64,000 bases of DNA from Chloroflexota bacterium (GTDB lineage: Bacteria; Chloroflexota; Dehalococcoidia; GIF9; UBA5629). Below the pieces are notes generated by a model. That model did no database searches and had not been told where the DNA came from. It saw only the letters and a program-made list of their open reading frames with translations. The translations under genes and the position numbers were made by a program. The stretch covers positions 6,203 through 70,202 of the forward strand of contig VGOP01000006.1 of NCBI GenBank assembly GCA_016875875.1. The letters run 5' to 3'. Below are positions 47,628 to 58,467 of this stretch, piece after piece. Position 1 is the stretch's first letter; every line of letters begins with the position of its first letter.

Positions 47628-49508
47628 ATGAGCGTAATTGATGATGTAAAGCAGAGACTGGACATTGTGCAACTTGTCCATGAATATACGGATTTAAAAA
47701 AATCGGGACGGAATTATAAGGCCTTATGTCCATTTCATTCTGAAAAGACGCCCTCCTTTTTTGTATTTCCCGAGCGGCAGAGCTGGCATTGCTTCGGAGC
47801 CTGCGGTACCGGTGGCGATGTTTTTTCCTTCATTATGAAGAAAGAGGGGATTGACTTCGGACAAGCGCTACAACTTTTAGCCAACAAGGCCGGCGTTTCC
47901 TTAGTTGCTCTGACAACTCCGGAGAGGCAGACTCAAAATAAAGAGAGGGAAAAGTTATTCGAAATCAACGAAGCCACCGCCGAATATTACCACCACCTGT
48001 TGTTGAATGCCTCGGCGGGCAAGGCAGCAAGAGATTATATAGCTAAACGAGGATTATCAGCTGAGACAATTAAGAATTTCCAGTTAGGCTTCGCACCAGA
48101 AGGATGGGATACCATAAAGCAGTATTTGAAGGGCAAAGGATATGGGGAAGCAGACTTGCTGGCTGCTGGTTTGCTAGTAGCGCGGGATGATGGAAGCAAC
48201 TACGACCGATTTCGCGATCGTTTAATATTTCCTATTAGAAACATCCAGGGTAAAGTTATAGGCTTTGGTGGTAGGGCATTAGACGATTCTCTACCTAAAT
48301 ATCTTAACTCTCCTCAAACACCGGTTTTCGACAAAAGCAGCAGCCTTTATGGGATTGACCGAGCCAATACAGCCATTCGTCAAAAAGATTTAGCTATAAT
48401 CACTGAAGGCTACATGGATGTTCTGACAGCTCACCAGTACGGGTATCAGAACGTAGTTGCCTTCTCAGGTACATCTATAGTTGACAAACAGGTAGCTATT
48501 TCCAAAATCTTGAGCAGGAATTTAATACTGGCTCTCGATGCCGATGCTGCGGGAGAAGAAGCCATCTCACGAAGCGGTGAGATGGTCGATAAGATGCTGC
48601 CAGCACCACTAGGGTTATATGGGTGGGTAAAATATGAAGATGCTCACAGAACTGCTGAAGTGAAAATTCTTATATTACCCAAAGGCAAAGACCTGGATGA
48701 CGTAATCAAAGACGTAATCAAAAAAGACGCTTCACAATGGCAAAAGCTGATAACGGATGCCAAACCGATGATTGACTTCATCTTCGAAAGTGTAACTTCT
48801 AAATTTGACTTAGAAAGTGCCAGGGGTAAATCTTCGGCCGTAGAAAAACTTCTGCCGCTGCTTTTCGAGATGAAAGACCCTTTGCGGCAAGCTCACTATG
48901 TGGAAAGGCTCGCCCGGTTATTGAAGATTGATGAGCACGACCTGCGCGACGCATGGAAGAAATTCAGAGCCGACGAACAGAAACGAAGAGCAACCAAAAA
49001 CATGAGAGCTTACACGCCTGTAGTTCCCGCCATCACTTCATCCAGTCCCCTGGAGCAATATTGCTTAGCTTTATTGCTTCAATATCCAGAACTTAAAAGT
49101 GAAGCCAAAGAACTATCACCCAACCACTTCGAAAACACCGAAAACCGAGAGCTGTTTGTAAAATGGCAACAAAGTGATGACCTAGCCTCTCTTAAGAATA
49201 GTATCGATAGCACTCTTCAAGAGCATTTGGAAAGTCTTCTGGCTAAGACATTACCACCCCCTTTTCTCAAGGAGAATGAGGCAGAACGGCGTGAGACGTT
49301 TAATGACTGTATCAATCTATTGCAGAAGAACATGCTTAAAAACCTAGAAGCCAAAAAACAAGAGCTCTTTATAGAAGCTCAGACGGGTGGGACAGCAGCA
49401 CATTTGGCTAAGGTAGACGAGCAAGGCATAGAAGTCAGTGAGCAGCTTAAAGAGGTCTTCAACAAGTTAGACCACCGCCGACGACTATCAAGGAGCGACG
49501 GGCAATGA
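47628..49508 (+). CDS. dnaG: DNA primase
   Basis: CPFH..CFGAC zinc finger, KYLNSP, EGYMD, DADAAG. Confidence 0.96.
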   Translation: MSVIDDVKQRLDIVQLVHEYTDLKKSGRNYKALCPFHSEKTPSFFVFPERQSWHCFGACGTGGDVFSFIMKKEGIDFGQALQLLANKAGVSLVALTTPERQTQNKEREKLFEINEATAEYYHHLLLNASAGKAARDYIAKRGLSAETIKNFQLGFAPEGWDTIKQYLKGKGYGEADLLAAGLLVARDDGSNYDRFRDRLIFPIRNIQGKVIGFGGRALDDSLPKYLNSPQTPVFDKSSSLYGIDRANTAIRQKDLAIITEGYMDVLTAHQYGYQNVVAFSGTSIVDKQVAISKILSRNLILALDADAAGEEAISRSGEMVDKMLPAPLGLYGWVKYEDAHRTAEVKILILPKGKDLDDVIKDVIKKDASQWQKLITDAKPMIDFIFESVTSKFDLESARGKSSAVEKLLPLLFEMKDPLRQAHYVERLARLLKIDEHDLRDAWKKFRADEQKRRATKNMRAYTPVVPAITSSSPLEQYCLALLLQYPELKSEAKELSPNHFENTENRELFVKWQQSDDLASLKNSIDSTLQEHLESLLAKTLPPPFLKENEAERRETFNDCINLLQKNMLKNLEAKKQELFIEAQTGGTAAHLAKVDEQGIEVSEQLKEVFNKLDHRRRLSRSDGQ

Positions 49509-51073
49509 CTTCAAATAGAGATGACGAGCTTCTGTCCTATTTCCCCAGGAAAGGCAGGAGAGGATTTGACTCCGAGGATATTCTTGGCATGGACGACAAC
49601 TCACCTATCCGCCAGAACAACACTTGGGACACTTTCGACAAATACGAGTCAGAGGAAGAAACTGGCAAAATCGCCTTTCCATGGGACAGCGAAGAGGCTG
49701 CTGAACTTGAATACGAATTGGCAGGTAAAGAAGAAAAAGCGGATAAAGCCGCACTTGGCATTGAGATAGAGCATGTTGAGCACGAAGCAATCGATGACCC
49801 AGTTCGTATGTATCTCCACGAGATTGGCAAAGTTTCACTACTCACTGCGGATGATGAGAAGGCATTAGCCAGTAAAATAGAGGAAGCCAAATATTTGGAA
49901 AATATTGAAGAGCTTTATTTCCAGCGCCACGGCGAATATCCATCAACGGTTGATTCAATAATTTATTTGCTCCGTCATTTACTTGCATCGCAGCCCTTAA
50001 TAAACATTCTGACCAAGCAACTTAAGCTTGCTACTACAGATAGCTTCATCAAAAGGATTCGCGACCCTAAGCTGCGATCTGCCATCGATAGCATGATTAA
50101 CCAAGAACTAGAGGAGGCTATTGCCAAGGCCAGTGATAAAAGTGCCCCAGAAGTTGAACAAGGCCTGATAGATTTTTCCACAGATAGCCGACTCCTGCCA
50201 ACAGAATTATTCAAGATTATAGGAGAGGAAACTACCTGGAAAGAGTTAGAATCTCTGGTTGCCGAGCCAGTCAATTCCGAATTCCTCTCTAGACTTCACG
50301 CACATACCCAGCAATTCAAAGTCTATTTAAATAAAGTCAAAAGAGCAGCAAGGAAATCAGAAAGGCACCTTACCGAAGCAAATCTACGCCTAGTGGTCAG
50401 CGTTGCCAAGAAATATGTAGGCCACGGGATGCCACTCCTTGACCTTATCCAAGAGGGGAATATCGGGCTAGTTCGCGCTGTGGAGAAATTTGAATATAGA
50501 AAAGGTTATAAATTCAGCACTTATGCTACCTGGTGGATTAGACAAGCTATCACCCGAGCTATAGCTGACCAAGCCCGCACCATTCGTATACCGGTGCATA
50601 TGGTAGAAACTATAAACAGATTATTGAAAGTCAATCGACGCTTGGCTCAGGAATATGGGCGCGAACCAAGCTACGAGGAAATCGGTAAAGGCATGGAAAT
50701 ATCTTCAGACAGAGTGAGAGAAATCCTAAAGTTGTCTCAAATGCCGATATCCCTAGAGATGCCTATTGGCGAGGAGGAAGACAGTCACCTCGGCGATTTC
50801 ATTGAAGACCGGGCCACCTTACCACCAGCCGATGCCGCTTCCCAAGAACTACTTAAGGCACAACTAAATAAAATACTCTCTGAACTTACTGACAGAGAGA
50901 GAAGGGTAATACTACTCAGATTCGGTTTAGAAGATGGGCGAGCTCGAACTTTAGAGGAGGTCGGCAAGGAGTTTAATGTTACCCGAGAACGAATCCGCCA
51001 AATCGAGGCCAAGGCACTCCGAAAGCTACGTCATCCCAGCCGAAGCCGAAAGCTGAAAGACTATCTGGAATAA
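49505..51073 (+). CDS. rpoD: Primary sigma factor
   Basis: [42 protein letters not shown]. Confidence 0.96.
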   Translation: MTSNRDDELLSYFPRKGRRGFDSEDILGMDDNSPIRQNNTWDTFDKYESEEETGKIAFPWDSEEAAELEYELAGKEEKADKAALGIEIEHVEHEAIDDPVRMYLHEIGKVSLLTADDEKALASKIEEAKYLENIEELYFQRHGEYPSTVDSIIYLLRHLLASQPLINILTKQLKLATTDSFIKRIRDPKLRSAIDSMINQELEEAIAKASDKSAPEVEQGLIDFSTDSRLLPTELFKIIGEETTWKELESLVAEPVNSEFLSRLHAHTQQFKVYLNKVKRAARKSERHLTEANLRLVVSVAKKYVGHGMPLLDLIQEGNIGLVRAVEKFEYRKGYKFSTYATWWIRQAITRAIADQARTIRIPVHMVETINRLLKVNRRLAQEYGREPSYEEIGKGMEISSDRVREILKLSQMPISLEMPIGEEEDSHLGDFIEDRATLPPADAASQELLKAQLNKILSELTDRERRVILLRFGLEDGRARTLEEVGKEFNVTRERIRQIEAKALRKLRHPSRSRKLKDYLE

Positions 51074-51108
51074 ATCAACGTAATATCCCAGCTGCTAGGA
51101 GGAATTAG

Positions 51109-51711
51109 ATGAGACTGATTAAAGGATTCATTATGGTCATCGGCATAATCGCAATTATGGTCATGTTTGCCCTGATTATGGGTTATTATCTTTACTCGCT
51201 TTCTCCTTGGATCCAAGAAAGAACAATACCAGTGGCGGTAAGTGCCGATGCGGTTGAAAGTTTTGACCAGAAGCTTGATTCCCTCGATACCCAAATCAAA
51301 GCAGCAATCGATGATAGAGAAAAAAGAGAATTGAGCCTGGTAATTACTGAAAAGGAAGCTAATTCCAAGCTGGTTCAAATGCTGGCTGAAGGTGAATTGC
51401 CATTAAAACGGATTCTAATTAACTTCGGTGATGGCTATTTTCTAAGCTACGCAGTAGTGGATGCACCTGGAATTGACGCTAAAACAGGTTTAATCGGGCG
51501 AATTGATATTGGGGAAGGTAAACCCAGAGTAGTAATAGATGAGTTCAATCTAGGCAAACTGCCATTGCCTGAATCTGCAAAAGTAAGAGTTGAGCAGTTA
51601 GTTAATGTTATAGTCAGATTACAGATATCCGATGTGCCGCTAGAGATAACTAACGTTGAAATCAAAGACCGTCAGCTTACCATCACTGGAACGGTTAAAA
51701 CTGGCGAATAG
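51109..51711 (+). CDS. Hypothetical membrane-anchored protein
   Basis: N-terminal TM helix, AGGAGG RBS; no family recognised. Confidence 0.75.
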   Translation: MRLIKGFIMVIGIIAIMVMFALIMGYYLYSLSPWIQERTIPVAVSADAVESFDQKLDSLDTQIKAAIDDREKRELSLVITEKEANSKLVQMLAEGELPLKRILINFGDGYFLSYAVVDAPGIDAKTGLIGRIDIGEGKPRVVIDEFNLGKLPLPESAKVRVEQLVNVIVRLQISDVPLEITNVEIKDRQLTITGTVKTGE

Positions 51712-51719
51712 AGCTCTTC

Positions 51720-53051
51720 TCACCGCCTCAACATATCCATCATATTTTTGGGCATCTTCCCAGTGGCTGCCATTTTAGCAAATTTTTGCATCTGGTGAAA
51801 TTGATTAAGCAACCGATTAATTTCCGCAGTTGTTGTTCCACTACCATATGCAATACGTCGCCTTCGGCTGCCATTAATAATAGCTGGGTTAAGTCGTTCT
51901 TCAGGAGTCATGGATAGGATGATAGCCTCAATTTTGCGCATCTGGTACTCTTCACCGCTCTGAGGAATACTGGAGCCGAGCTTCGAAAAACCAGGTAATA
52001 GTTCAATCAATTGAGCTAATGACCCCATCTTCTTAATCTGGCGTAATTGCAGTAGAAAGTCCTCGAGACTAAACTCTGCAGTGCGCATCTTTTTCTCCAA
52101 CTGTTTAGCGCGCTGCTCATCAAAGGCCTCCTCTGCCTTCTCAATGAGAGTGAGTACGTCACCCATACCCAAGATGCGAGAGGCCAAGCGGTCCGGGTAA
52201 AAAGGTTCAAGGGCACTTGCTTTTTCGCCAGTGCCAATGAACTTCATCGGCACTCCAGTGACGAACTTAATAGAAAGAGCAGCACCACCCCGAGCATCTC
52301 CATCCATTTTAGTCAAAATAAGTCCAGTCAACCCAACATTCTTGTTAAACTCCTCAGCCGTGTTCACCGCATCTTGACCGGTCATAGCATCAACTACCAA
52401 TAGCACTTCTGAAGGGCAAATTTCAGCTTTCAGTTGAGCCAGCTCTTTCATCATTGCTTCATCAATGTGAAGACGCCCTTGAGTATCAATAATCACCCAA
52501 GTAGCTGCCATCTCTTGGGCCTGCTTTAGAGCTTGGCGACAAATTGCCAACGGTATCGCCTTAGCATCCTCACCAGAGACTGGTATGTCCAATTGTTTGC
52601 CCAACATCACCAACTGGTCAATGGCGGCCGGTCGGCGAGTGTCAGCAGCTACTAGCAAAGGACGTTGTCCTGCGTTTTTAAGATGCAGGGCCAGCTTAGC
52701 TGCCGTGGTAGTCTTTCCAGAGCCCTGCAAACCGACAAGCATGGCGACTGAAGGTAGCCGACCAGCTACTACAAGATGAGTGCGCTCTTTACCTAAGATA
52801 TTTACGAGTTCTTCGTTGACAATTTTTATGATTTGCTGAGCCGGGGTAAGACTTTCCAATACGTTGGCCGCTAAAGCCCGCTCTTTTATGCTGACCAGAA
52901 AACTCTTCACTACCCTGAAATTAACATCGGCTTCCAGAAGAGCTAAACGTATCTGCCGCAAGGCTTCATCAATATCTTTTTCACTGAGCCTACCTTTACG
53001 GCCGAGGCTACTGAATACATTGCTCAGTTTCTGGGTCAGAACTTCAAACAT
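51720..53051 (-). CDS. ffh: Signal recognition particle protein
   Basis: ALLEADV, GLQGSGKTT, DTQGR, TKMDGDARGG, M-domain. Confidence 0.96.
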   Translation of the reverse strand: MFEVLTQKLSNVFSSLGRKGRLSEKDIDEALRQIRLALLEADVNFRVVKSFLVSIKERALAANVLESLTPAQQIIKIVNEELVNILGKERTHLVVAGRLPSVAMLVGLQGSGKTTTAAKLALHLKNAGQRPLLVAADTRRPAAIDQLVMLGKQLDIPVSGEDAKAIPLAICRQALKQAQEMAATWVIIDTQGRLHIDEAMMKELAQLKAEICPSEVLLVVDAMTGQDAVNTAEEFNKNVGLTGLILTKMDGDARGGAALSIKFVTGVPMKFIGTGEKASALEPFYPDRLASRILGMGDVLTLIEKAEEAFDEQRAKQLEKKMRTAEFSLEDFLLQLRQIKKMGSLAQLIELLPGFSKLGSSIPQSGEEYQMRKIEAIILSMTPEERLNPAIINGSRRRRIAYGSGTTTAEINRLLNQFHQMQKFAKMAATGKMPKNMMDMLRR

Positions 53052-53153
53052 AGGTCTTCTATAGCATTCTACCTATGCCTGTCCCCGCAGTCAATTGTGA
53101 TAAAATAGAACCAGTGTCTGAAACCATAAAGCCTAGCTCAACATGATTTAAGA

Positions 53154-53918
53154 ATGTTTGAAGCTTCACCATTCAGCCTGAATATGTTTCAGCAGTGCCC
53201 GAGACAATATAAGTTTCAGTATATCGATCGTCTTGGGGGCATTTACAGAAAATCACGGCCTTACTTCACCATGGGCGACCATGTACATGCTACGCTCAAA
53301 GATTTCCTCTCTGTAATCCCGGTTAGCGAGCGAAATCTATCGAAACTAGAGGATTTGCTCCGAGAGAAATGGCGGCGTTATCGCAAAGGATTCAATGACA
53401 GAGCGGACGAGAAAAGATGGGGTGAAAAGGCTCTCAACCAACTACGCTGGTTTGCTCAGAATCAGGATATCTCTGTTACCCCCTTCATGGTGGAAGATTA
53501 TCATAGTGCTGAACTTACCAGCACCATACTCCTAAAAGGCAAAATAGATCGAGTGGATAAGGAAGCCGATGGTAGTCTGCACATAATCGATTATAAGACC
53601 GGCAAAATGCCGACTGAAATAAATCAAACTCAGCTCCACATCTATGCCCTTATTCTTTCCAAAGAACAAGACTTGCCACTCAAAAAAGCTTCCTATTTTT
53701 ATCTAGATGCCGGTAAATTCAAAACTATCGAGCTGACCACTGCAGACTTAGCGCAAGCTACTTCCTATGTAATTGAACTGGTCGATAGGATATGCAAGGA
53801 TAGAGAATATCCAGCCACCCCCAATATTTACTGCTGGAACTGTGATTTCCTTGAGATATGCCCGAGTAAAGAAGAGGCTGCCAAATTCGCCGCCAATGAA
53901 GACGAATTAGATTTCTAG
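53154..53918 (+). CDS. PD-(D/E)XK nuclease, RecB/AddB/Cas4-like, with four Cys
   Basis: QCPRQY, GDHVH, GKIDRVD, IIDYKTG, QLHIYA, CWNCDFLEICP. Confidence 0.87.
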   Translation: MFEASPFSLNMFQQCPRQYKFQYIDRLGGIYRKSRPYFTMGDHVHATLKDFLSVIPVSERNLSKLEDLLREKWRRYRKGFNDRADEKRWGEKALNQLRWFAQNQDISVTPFMVEDYHSAELTSTILLKGKIDRVDKEADGSLHIIDYKTGKMPTEINQTQLHIYALILSKEQDLPLKKASYFYLDAGKFKTIELTTADLAQATSYVIELVDRICKDREYPATPNIYCWNCDFLEICPSKEEAAKFAANEDELDF

Positions 53919-54051
53919 CGCTTGATTTCCGTCTCGACGAGAAGGATAATAATAAGCTGCTTGTAAGCGTTTTATTCAAGAGTGCACGCTTTGAATAACA
54001 AAAGTTCCGCTATTCAGTTCACCCTTAGTAACTACTAGGAAGGAGGTCATA

Positions 54052-56010
54052 ATGGCAAAGCTGCTCTGGAAACCATCCGAGGAACGAAAAAAGAAATCCA
54101 ATATAGTAAAGTTCATAGATTATGTCAATAAGCGGTATGCCAAGAAAATCAGCACTTATGACGAACTATATTCCTGGTCAGTAAGTGATATACCCGATTT
54201 CTGGGCTGCAGTATGGGACTTCGTTAAAATCAGGGCTTCCAAAAGCTATGACACCGTAATCGATGACCTGAATAAAATGCCAGGTGCCAAATGGTTTAAC
54301 GGGGCAAGACTGAATTTCGCCGAAAACCTGCTCAGATATAGAGATAATCACACAGCCTTTATATTCAGAGGGGAAACTCAAAAATCAGCAAAAATGAGCT
54401 ATGCGGAACTGTATGACACCGTGGCACGTCTGTCAAAATCCCTGCGGCAAATGGGAGTTTCTCCGGGAGATCGGGTGGCAGCATACATGCCCAACATGAT
54501 GGAGACTGCCATTGCTATGCTCGCCGGCACCAGCGTTGGCGCTACTTGGGCTTCCTGCGCTACTGACATCGGTCCCGAAGCAGCTATTGACCGCCTTGGC
54601 CAAATCGAACCAAAAGTTCTATTCACCGTTGATGGCTATTTCTACAAGGGAAAGGGGTTTAATTCCCTTCCCAATGCCGCTGAGATTGTCCAGAAAATAC
54701 CTTCAATCGAAAGGGTCGTAGTGGCTTCCTACACAGGACAGAAACAAGATATCAGCTTTATCCCAAACTCGGTGCACTGGATTGACTTCCTATCCCCTGA
54801 GAAAGGACTTGAAATTCAGTTTGAACAGCTACCTTTTGAGCATCCCGTATTTATCATGTTCTCTTCTGGAACAACTGGTAAGCCAAAGTGTATGGTGCAG
54901 GGAGCCGGCGGAATCCTTATCAATCAGTTAAAGGAGCTAATTATCCATACAGATTTGAAACGAGAGGACATCCACTTCTTCATCACCACTTGTAGCTGGA
55001 TGATGTGGAACTGGATGTTGAGCTCTTTGGCAACAGGAAACACTTTAGTTTTATATGACGGCAATCCCAGCTATCCCGACCTAGGCGCTACGTGGAAGTT
55101 GATGCAAGACGAAAAAGTTACCATGTTCGGTTGCAGCGCAAGCTATATCAATTTTCTCAGAGGCGAGAAATTCAAGCCCGGGAAGGATTACGATCTATCA
55201 TCAGTGCAGCAAATATGGCAAACCGGCTCAGCTCTTTCAGTCGACGGATTTGAGTATGTTTACCAAGAGGTTAAGAAGGACTTGTGGTTTAACTCTAGCT
55301 CCGGCGGCACTGATATTAATGGCTGTTTCTGCACTGGGAACATTATCAGCCCCGTATATGCCGGCGAACTACAAGGGCCTGCTTTAGCTATGAAAATAAA
55401 TATCTACGATGAAAATGGCAAGCCAATAGCTGACCGTGAGGGCGAACTCGTCTGTGAAGCTCCTGCCCCTTGCATGCCACTTTACTTCTGGAACGACCCC
55501 GGCGGCAAAAAATACCTGGAAGCCTATTTTGAAGTTTATCCCGGTGTATGGCGTCATGGTGATTATGTCATGCGTAACAGCAAAACAGGGGGATTTATTT
55601 TCTTCGGACGCTCTGATTCCGTGTTGAAGCCTTCTGGGGTCCGCATAGGTACAGCCGAGATATATAACCAGGTGGAAAAATTAGAAGAGGTTGCTGACAG
55701 TCTGGCAATAGGACAGAACTGGGAAGGAGACCAGCGCGTTATTCTCTTCGTTAAACTTACTGAAGGTCACAATCTGACAGAGGACTTGAAAAACAAGATT
55801 AGAAAGACGCTGCGTGAAAATGCTTCCCCACGGCACATTCCAGCTAAAATCCTTCAGGTGCCCGATATTCCTTACACCCTGAACATGAAGAAGGTTGAAA
55901 GCGCCGTTACCAACATAATACATGGTAGACCAGTCTTGAACAGAGACGCTTTGGGCAATCCCCAATGCCTGGATTACTACGAGAAGCTCCTTGAAGAGCT
56001 TAAGACATAA
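54052..56010 (+). CDS. Acetoacetate-CoA ligase
   Basis: LWKPS, LNFAENLL, FSSGTTGKPKC, WMMWNW, SGGTD, GVRIGTAEIY. Confidence 0.88.
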   Translation: MAKLLWKPSEERKKKSNIVKFIDYVNKRYAKKISTYDELYSWSVSDIPDFWAAVWDFVKIRASKSYDTVIDDLNKMPGAKWFNGARLNFAENLLRYRDNHTAFIFRGETQKSAKMSYAELYDTVARLSKSLRQMGVSPGDRVAAYMPNMMETAIAMLAGTSVGATWASCATDIGPEAAIDRLGQIEPKVLFTVDGYFYKGKGFNSLPNAAEIVQKIPSIERVVVASYTGQKQDISFIPNSVHWIDFLSPEKGLEIQFEQLPFEHPVFIMFSSGTTGKPKCMVQGAGGILINQLKELIIHTDLKREDIHFFITTCSWMMWNWMLSSLATGNTLVLYDGNPSYPDLGATWKLMQDEKVTMFGCSASYINFLRGEKFKPGKDYDLSSVQQIWQTGSALSVDGFEYVYQEVKKDLWFNSSSGGTDINGCFCTGNIISPVYAGELQGPALAMKINIYDENGKPIADREGELVCEAPAPCMPLYFWNDPGGKKYLEAYFEVYPGVWRHGDYVMRNSKTGGFIFFGRSDSVLKPSGVRIGTAEIYNQVEKLEEVADSLAIGQNWEGDQRVILFVKLTEGHNLTEDLKNKIRKTLRENASPRHIPAKILQVPDIPYTLNMKKVESAVTNIIHGRPVLNRDALGNPQCLDYYEKLLEELKT

Positions 56011-56322
56011 TGCACCAGGGTCTATCAGGCATTTGTAAATTTAGTAGCCACCGGGTGCTACCCAAAGGATAAGAGCAAAATAGATTACCCTTAAAGTTCT
56101 ACTCAAAAGGATATTTCCACCTTTCGAACATGCTATGTAACTCGTTGCTTGCTCACAGCACTCTTTAGCACGTGTTCCACCAGCATCAAGCAATGACAAC
56201 CACCATAGCTTACAGAAACCCCGGTTCTGTATTTGACACACCCAAGGAATGAGAGTTAACATATATGGCCGTTCACTTTGAAATACAAAGCGATTAGCTA
56301 AGAAGAGTCAAGGAAATTCTCT

Positions 56323-56901
56323 GTGATTACAAAGCTGTATGAGATTAGATGGCATGGACGGGGCGGACAGGGAGCAGTAACAGCCGCCAAGATAGTAGCT
56401 CAGGCAGCCCACTTTAAAGGATATCAAGGTGTAACGGCGGCACCATCATTTGGCGCTGAGAGAAGGGGTGTTCCAGTAAGTGCCTTAACCAGGATTGCCC
56501 CAGAACCAGTAATGGTTGTATCTCAGGTGGAAAAACCGAAAGCTGTTGTGGTTCTGGACCAGTCGCTGCTTAAATACCAGGAGGTAATCAGCGGCTTAGG
56601 CAAGGGGGGATGGCTGGTAGTTAACTCATGGCTGCACCCTAAAGAACTTAACATCAAAGGCGATTTTAACATCGCCACCGCCGATGCTACTAAAGTCTGT
56701 CGAGAGATGGGGCTGATGGTCGGCGGACTCCCAATGGTGAACACTGCTATGCTAGGTGCCCTTGCTTGCGCTAGTCAAATAGTGGATATGCCCAGCATTG
56801 AAAAGGTAATAAGGGAAAGATTTACCAATAACGCTGTTGGCATTAACCTCGCCGCTATTGAGAAGACCTACGAGATTACCAAACTGGAGAGAATAGGATA
56901 A
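56323..56901 (+). CDS. 2-oxoacid:ferredoxin oxidoreductase gamma subunit
   Basis: EIRWHGRGGQGAVTA, FGAERRG, NTAMLGA. Confidence 0.93.
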   Translation: MITKLYEIRWHGRGGQGAVTAAKIVAQAAHFKGYQGVTAAPSFGAERRGVPVSALTRIAPEPVMVVSQVEKPKAVVVLDQSLLKYQEVISGLGKGGWLVVNSWLHPKELNIKGDFNIATADATKVCREMGLMVGGLPMVNTAMLGALACASQIVDMPSIEKVIRERFTNNAVGINLAAIEKTYEITKLERIG

Positions 56902-56910
56902 CACAAGACC

Positions 56911-57186
56911 TTGGGAACCAGGGATTGCCAGCATATCTGCGATGAGTCATCGCCAGCTATCGGTGAAGCTGGCAAGACAGGTGAGTGGCGCAGCCTGATG
57001 CCGGTGATACACAATAACAAGTGTATCCCGGCTAAACAAAAGAAGCCCTCATGTTTTCTCTGCTGGCTGTATTGTCCAGATGCTGTCATAAAGAAAACCA
57101 TACCCATCCAAATAAATCTGGAATACTGCAAAGGGTGCGGAATATGCATGCAGATATGCCCGGCCAAGGCTATAACCATGGTGTAA
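56911..57186 (+). CDS. 2-oxoacid:ferredoxin oxidoreductase delta subunit
   Basis: TGEWR..P, CFLCWLYCPD, YCKGCGICMQICP. Confidence 0.9.
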   Translation: MGTRDCQHICDESSPAIGEAGKTGEWRSLMPVIHNNKCIPAKQKKPSCFLCWLYCPDAVIKKTIPIQINLEYCKGCGICMQICPAKAITMV

Positions 57187-57218
57187 CGAAAAAAACAGCT
57201 CTGTCTGGAACAAGAAAA

Positions 57219-58454
57219 TTGAGCAGCTCTTTGGCAAAGAAAGATAATAAAGCCAATATTCGATTGCTGGACGGCAATCAAGCTGCCGCCGAGGGGGCTA
57301 AACTCAGCCGTGTCCAGGTCATTGCCGCCTACCCCATCACGCCACAAACACCACTTACCGAAGCACTTTCTGAATTCGTGGAGAGAGGCGACCTAAAAGC
57401 TGAATACGTCGCCGTCGAAAGTGAACATAGCGCCATGACCGTATGCACTTCAGCCTCTCTAGTAGGAGCCAGAACCTTCACCGCCACAAGCGCCCATGGT
57501 TTAGCCTACATGCATGAAATGCTGCATTGGGCGGCTGGGGCACGCCTACCAGTGGTGCTCGCCTGCGTTAACCGCGCCATCGGAGCACCCTGGAATATAC
57601 TCAACGACCAGCAGGACTCTATATCCCAGCGTGATACCGGCTGGATACAGATATATGCCCGAAACAACCAGGAAATTCTGGATTCTATCATCCAGGCGTA
57701 CAAGATTGCGGAAACTGTATACGTGCCCGTCATGGTCTGCTTCGATGGCTACGTCCTATCCCATACCGAAATGCCGGTGGACGTACCGTCACAAGAAGAG
57801 GTGGATAAATTCCTACCCCGGTATAAACCGCACACCATACTGGACCCAGCCAACCCCAAAAACTACAACCTGGTAACGCTCGCCGACCCCAGAGTCAACG
57901 CCGAGGGTGTCCTCTGTCACGGATACATGGAGCTGAGATATCTCCTCCAGGAAGCTTTGCAAGACTCCACAGAAACGATAATGAAGGTAGGACAGGAATT
58001 CGGCGAACTATTCGACAGGAACTACGCCAACATGTTCTGGGAAGATGACATGAACGATGCCGATATAGTTATTGTTGCCATGGGCAGCCTGGCAATGGAA
58101 GCAAAGGTGGCTGTTGACATGCTTCGAGAGGAGGGCCATAAGGTCGGTATTTTAGGTCTGAGAGTGTTCAGGCCATTTCCTAAAGCCGCTTTGGTAAAGG
58201 CATTAGAGAAGGCCCAACTGATTGCGGTTTTCGATAAGAATATCAGCTATGGCTCCGAGGGGGCTACCTGCTCAGAAATCAAGGCAGCTCTTTACGGTAG
58301 TCAGGTAAAAGCGGCCATAAGAAACTTCATCGTCGGACTTGGTGGGCGAGATGTAAAAGCCAGAGAGCTGGCAGATGCAGTGAGAGAAGCTATAACCTCG
58401 TTGAAAACAGGCGCTTTGAATATCGAACATCCTGAATGGATATGCTACATCTAA
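57219..58454 (+). CDS. 2-oxoacid:ferredoxin oxidoreductase alpha subunit
   Basis: AAYPITPQT, ESEHSA, VNRA, GLGGRD; start uncertain (TTG 57219 or 57231). Confidence 0.92.
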   Translation: MSSSLAKKDNKANIRLLDGNQAAAEGAKLSRVQVIAAYPITPQTPLTEALSEFVERGDLKAEYVAVESEHSAMTVCTSASLVGARTFTATSAHGLAYMHEMLHWAAGARLPVVLACVNRAIGAPWNILNDQQDSISQRDTGWIQIYARNNQEILDSIIQAYKIAETVYVPVMVCFDGYVLSHTEMPVDVPSQEEVDKFLPRYKPHTILDPANPKNYNLVTLADPRVNAEGVLCHGYMELRYLLQEALQDSTETIMKVGQEFGELFDRNYANMFWEDDMNDADIVIVAMGSLAMEAKVAVDMLREEGHKVGILGLRVFRPFPKAALVKALEKAQLIAVFDKNISYGSEGATCSEIKAALYGSQVKAAIRNFIVGLGGRDVKARELADAVREAITSLKTGALNIEHPEWICYI

Positions 58455-58467
58455 GAGGTACTCCATT

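Noticed and set aside
53154-53918. CRISPR-Cas locus
   Set aside because: No repeat-spacer array or other cas gene was seen in the window.
56011-56322. Possible ncRNA or 73-aa minus-strand gene in the 310-bp gap
   Set aside because: Only two short hairpins and a possible TTGACA/TAACAT promoter; no recognisable RNA motif or protein features.
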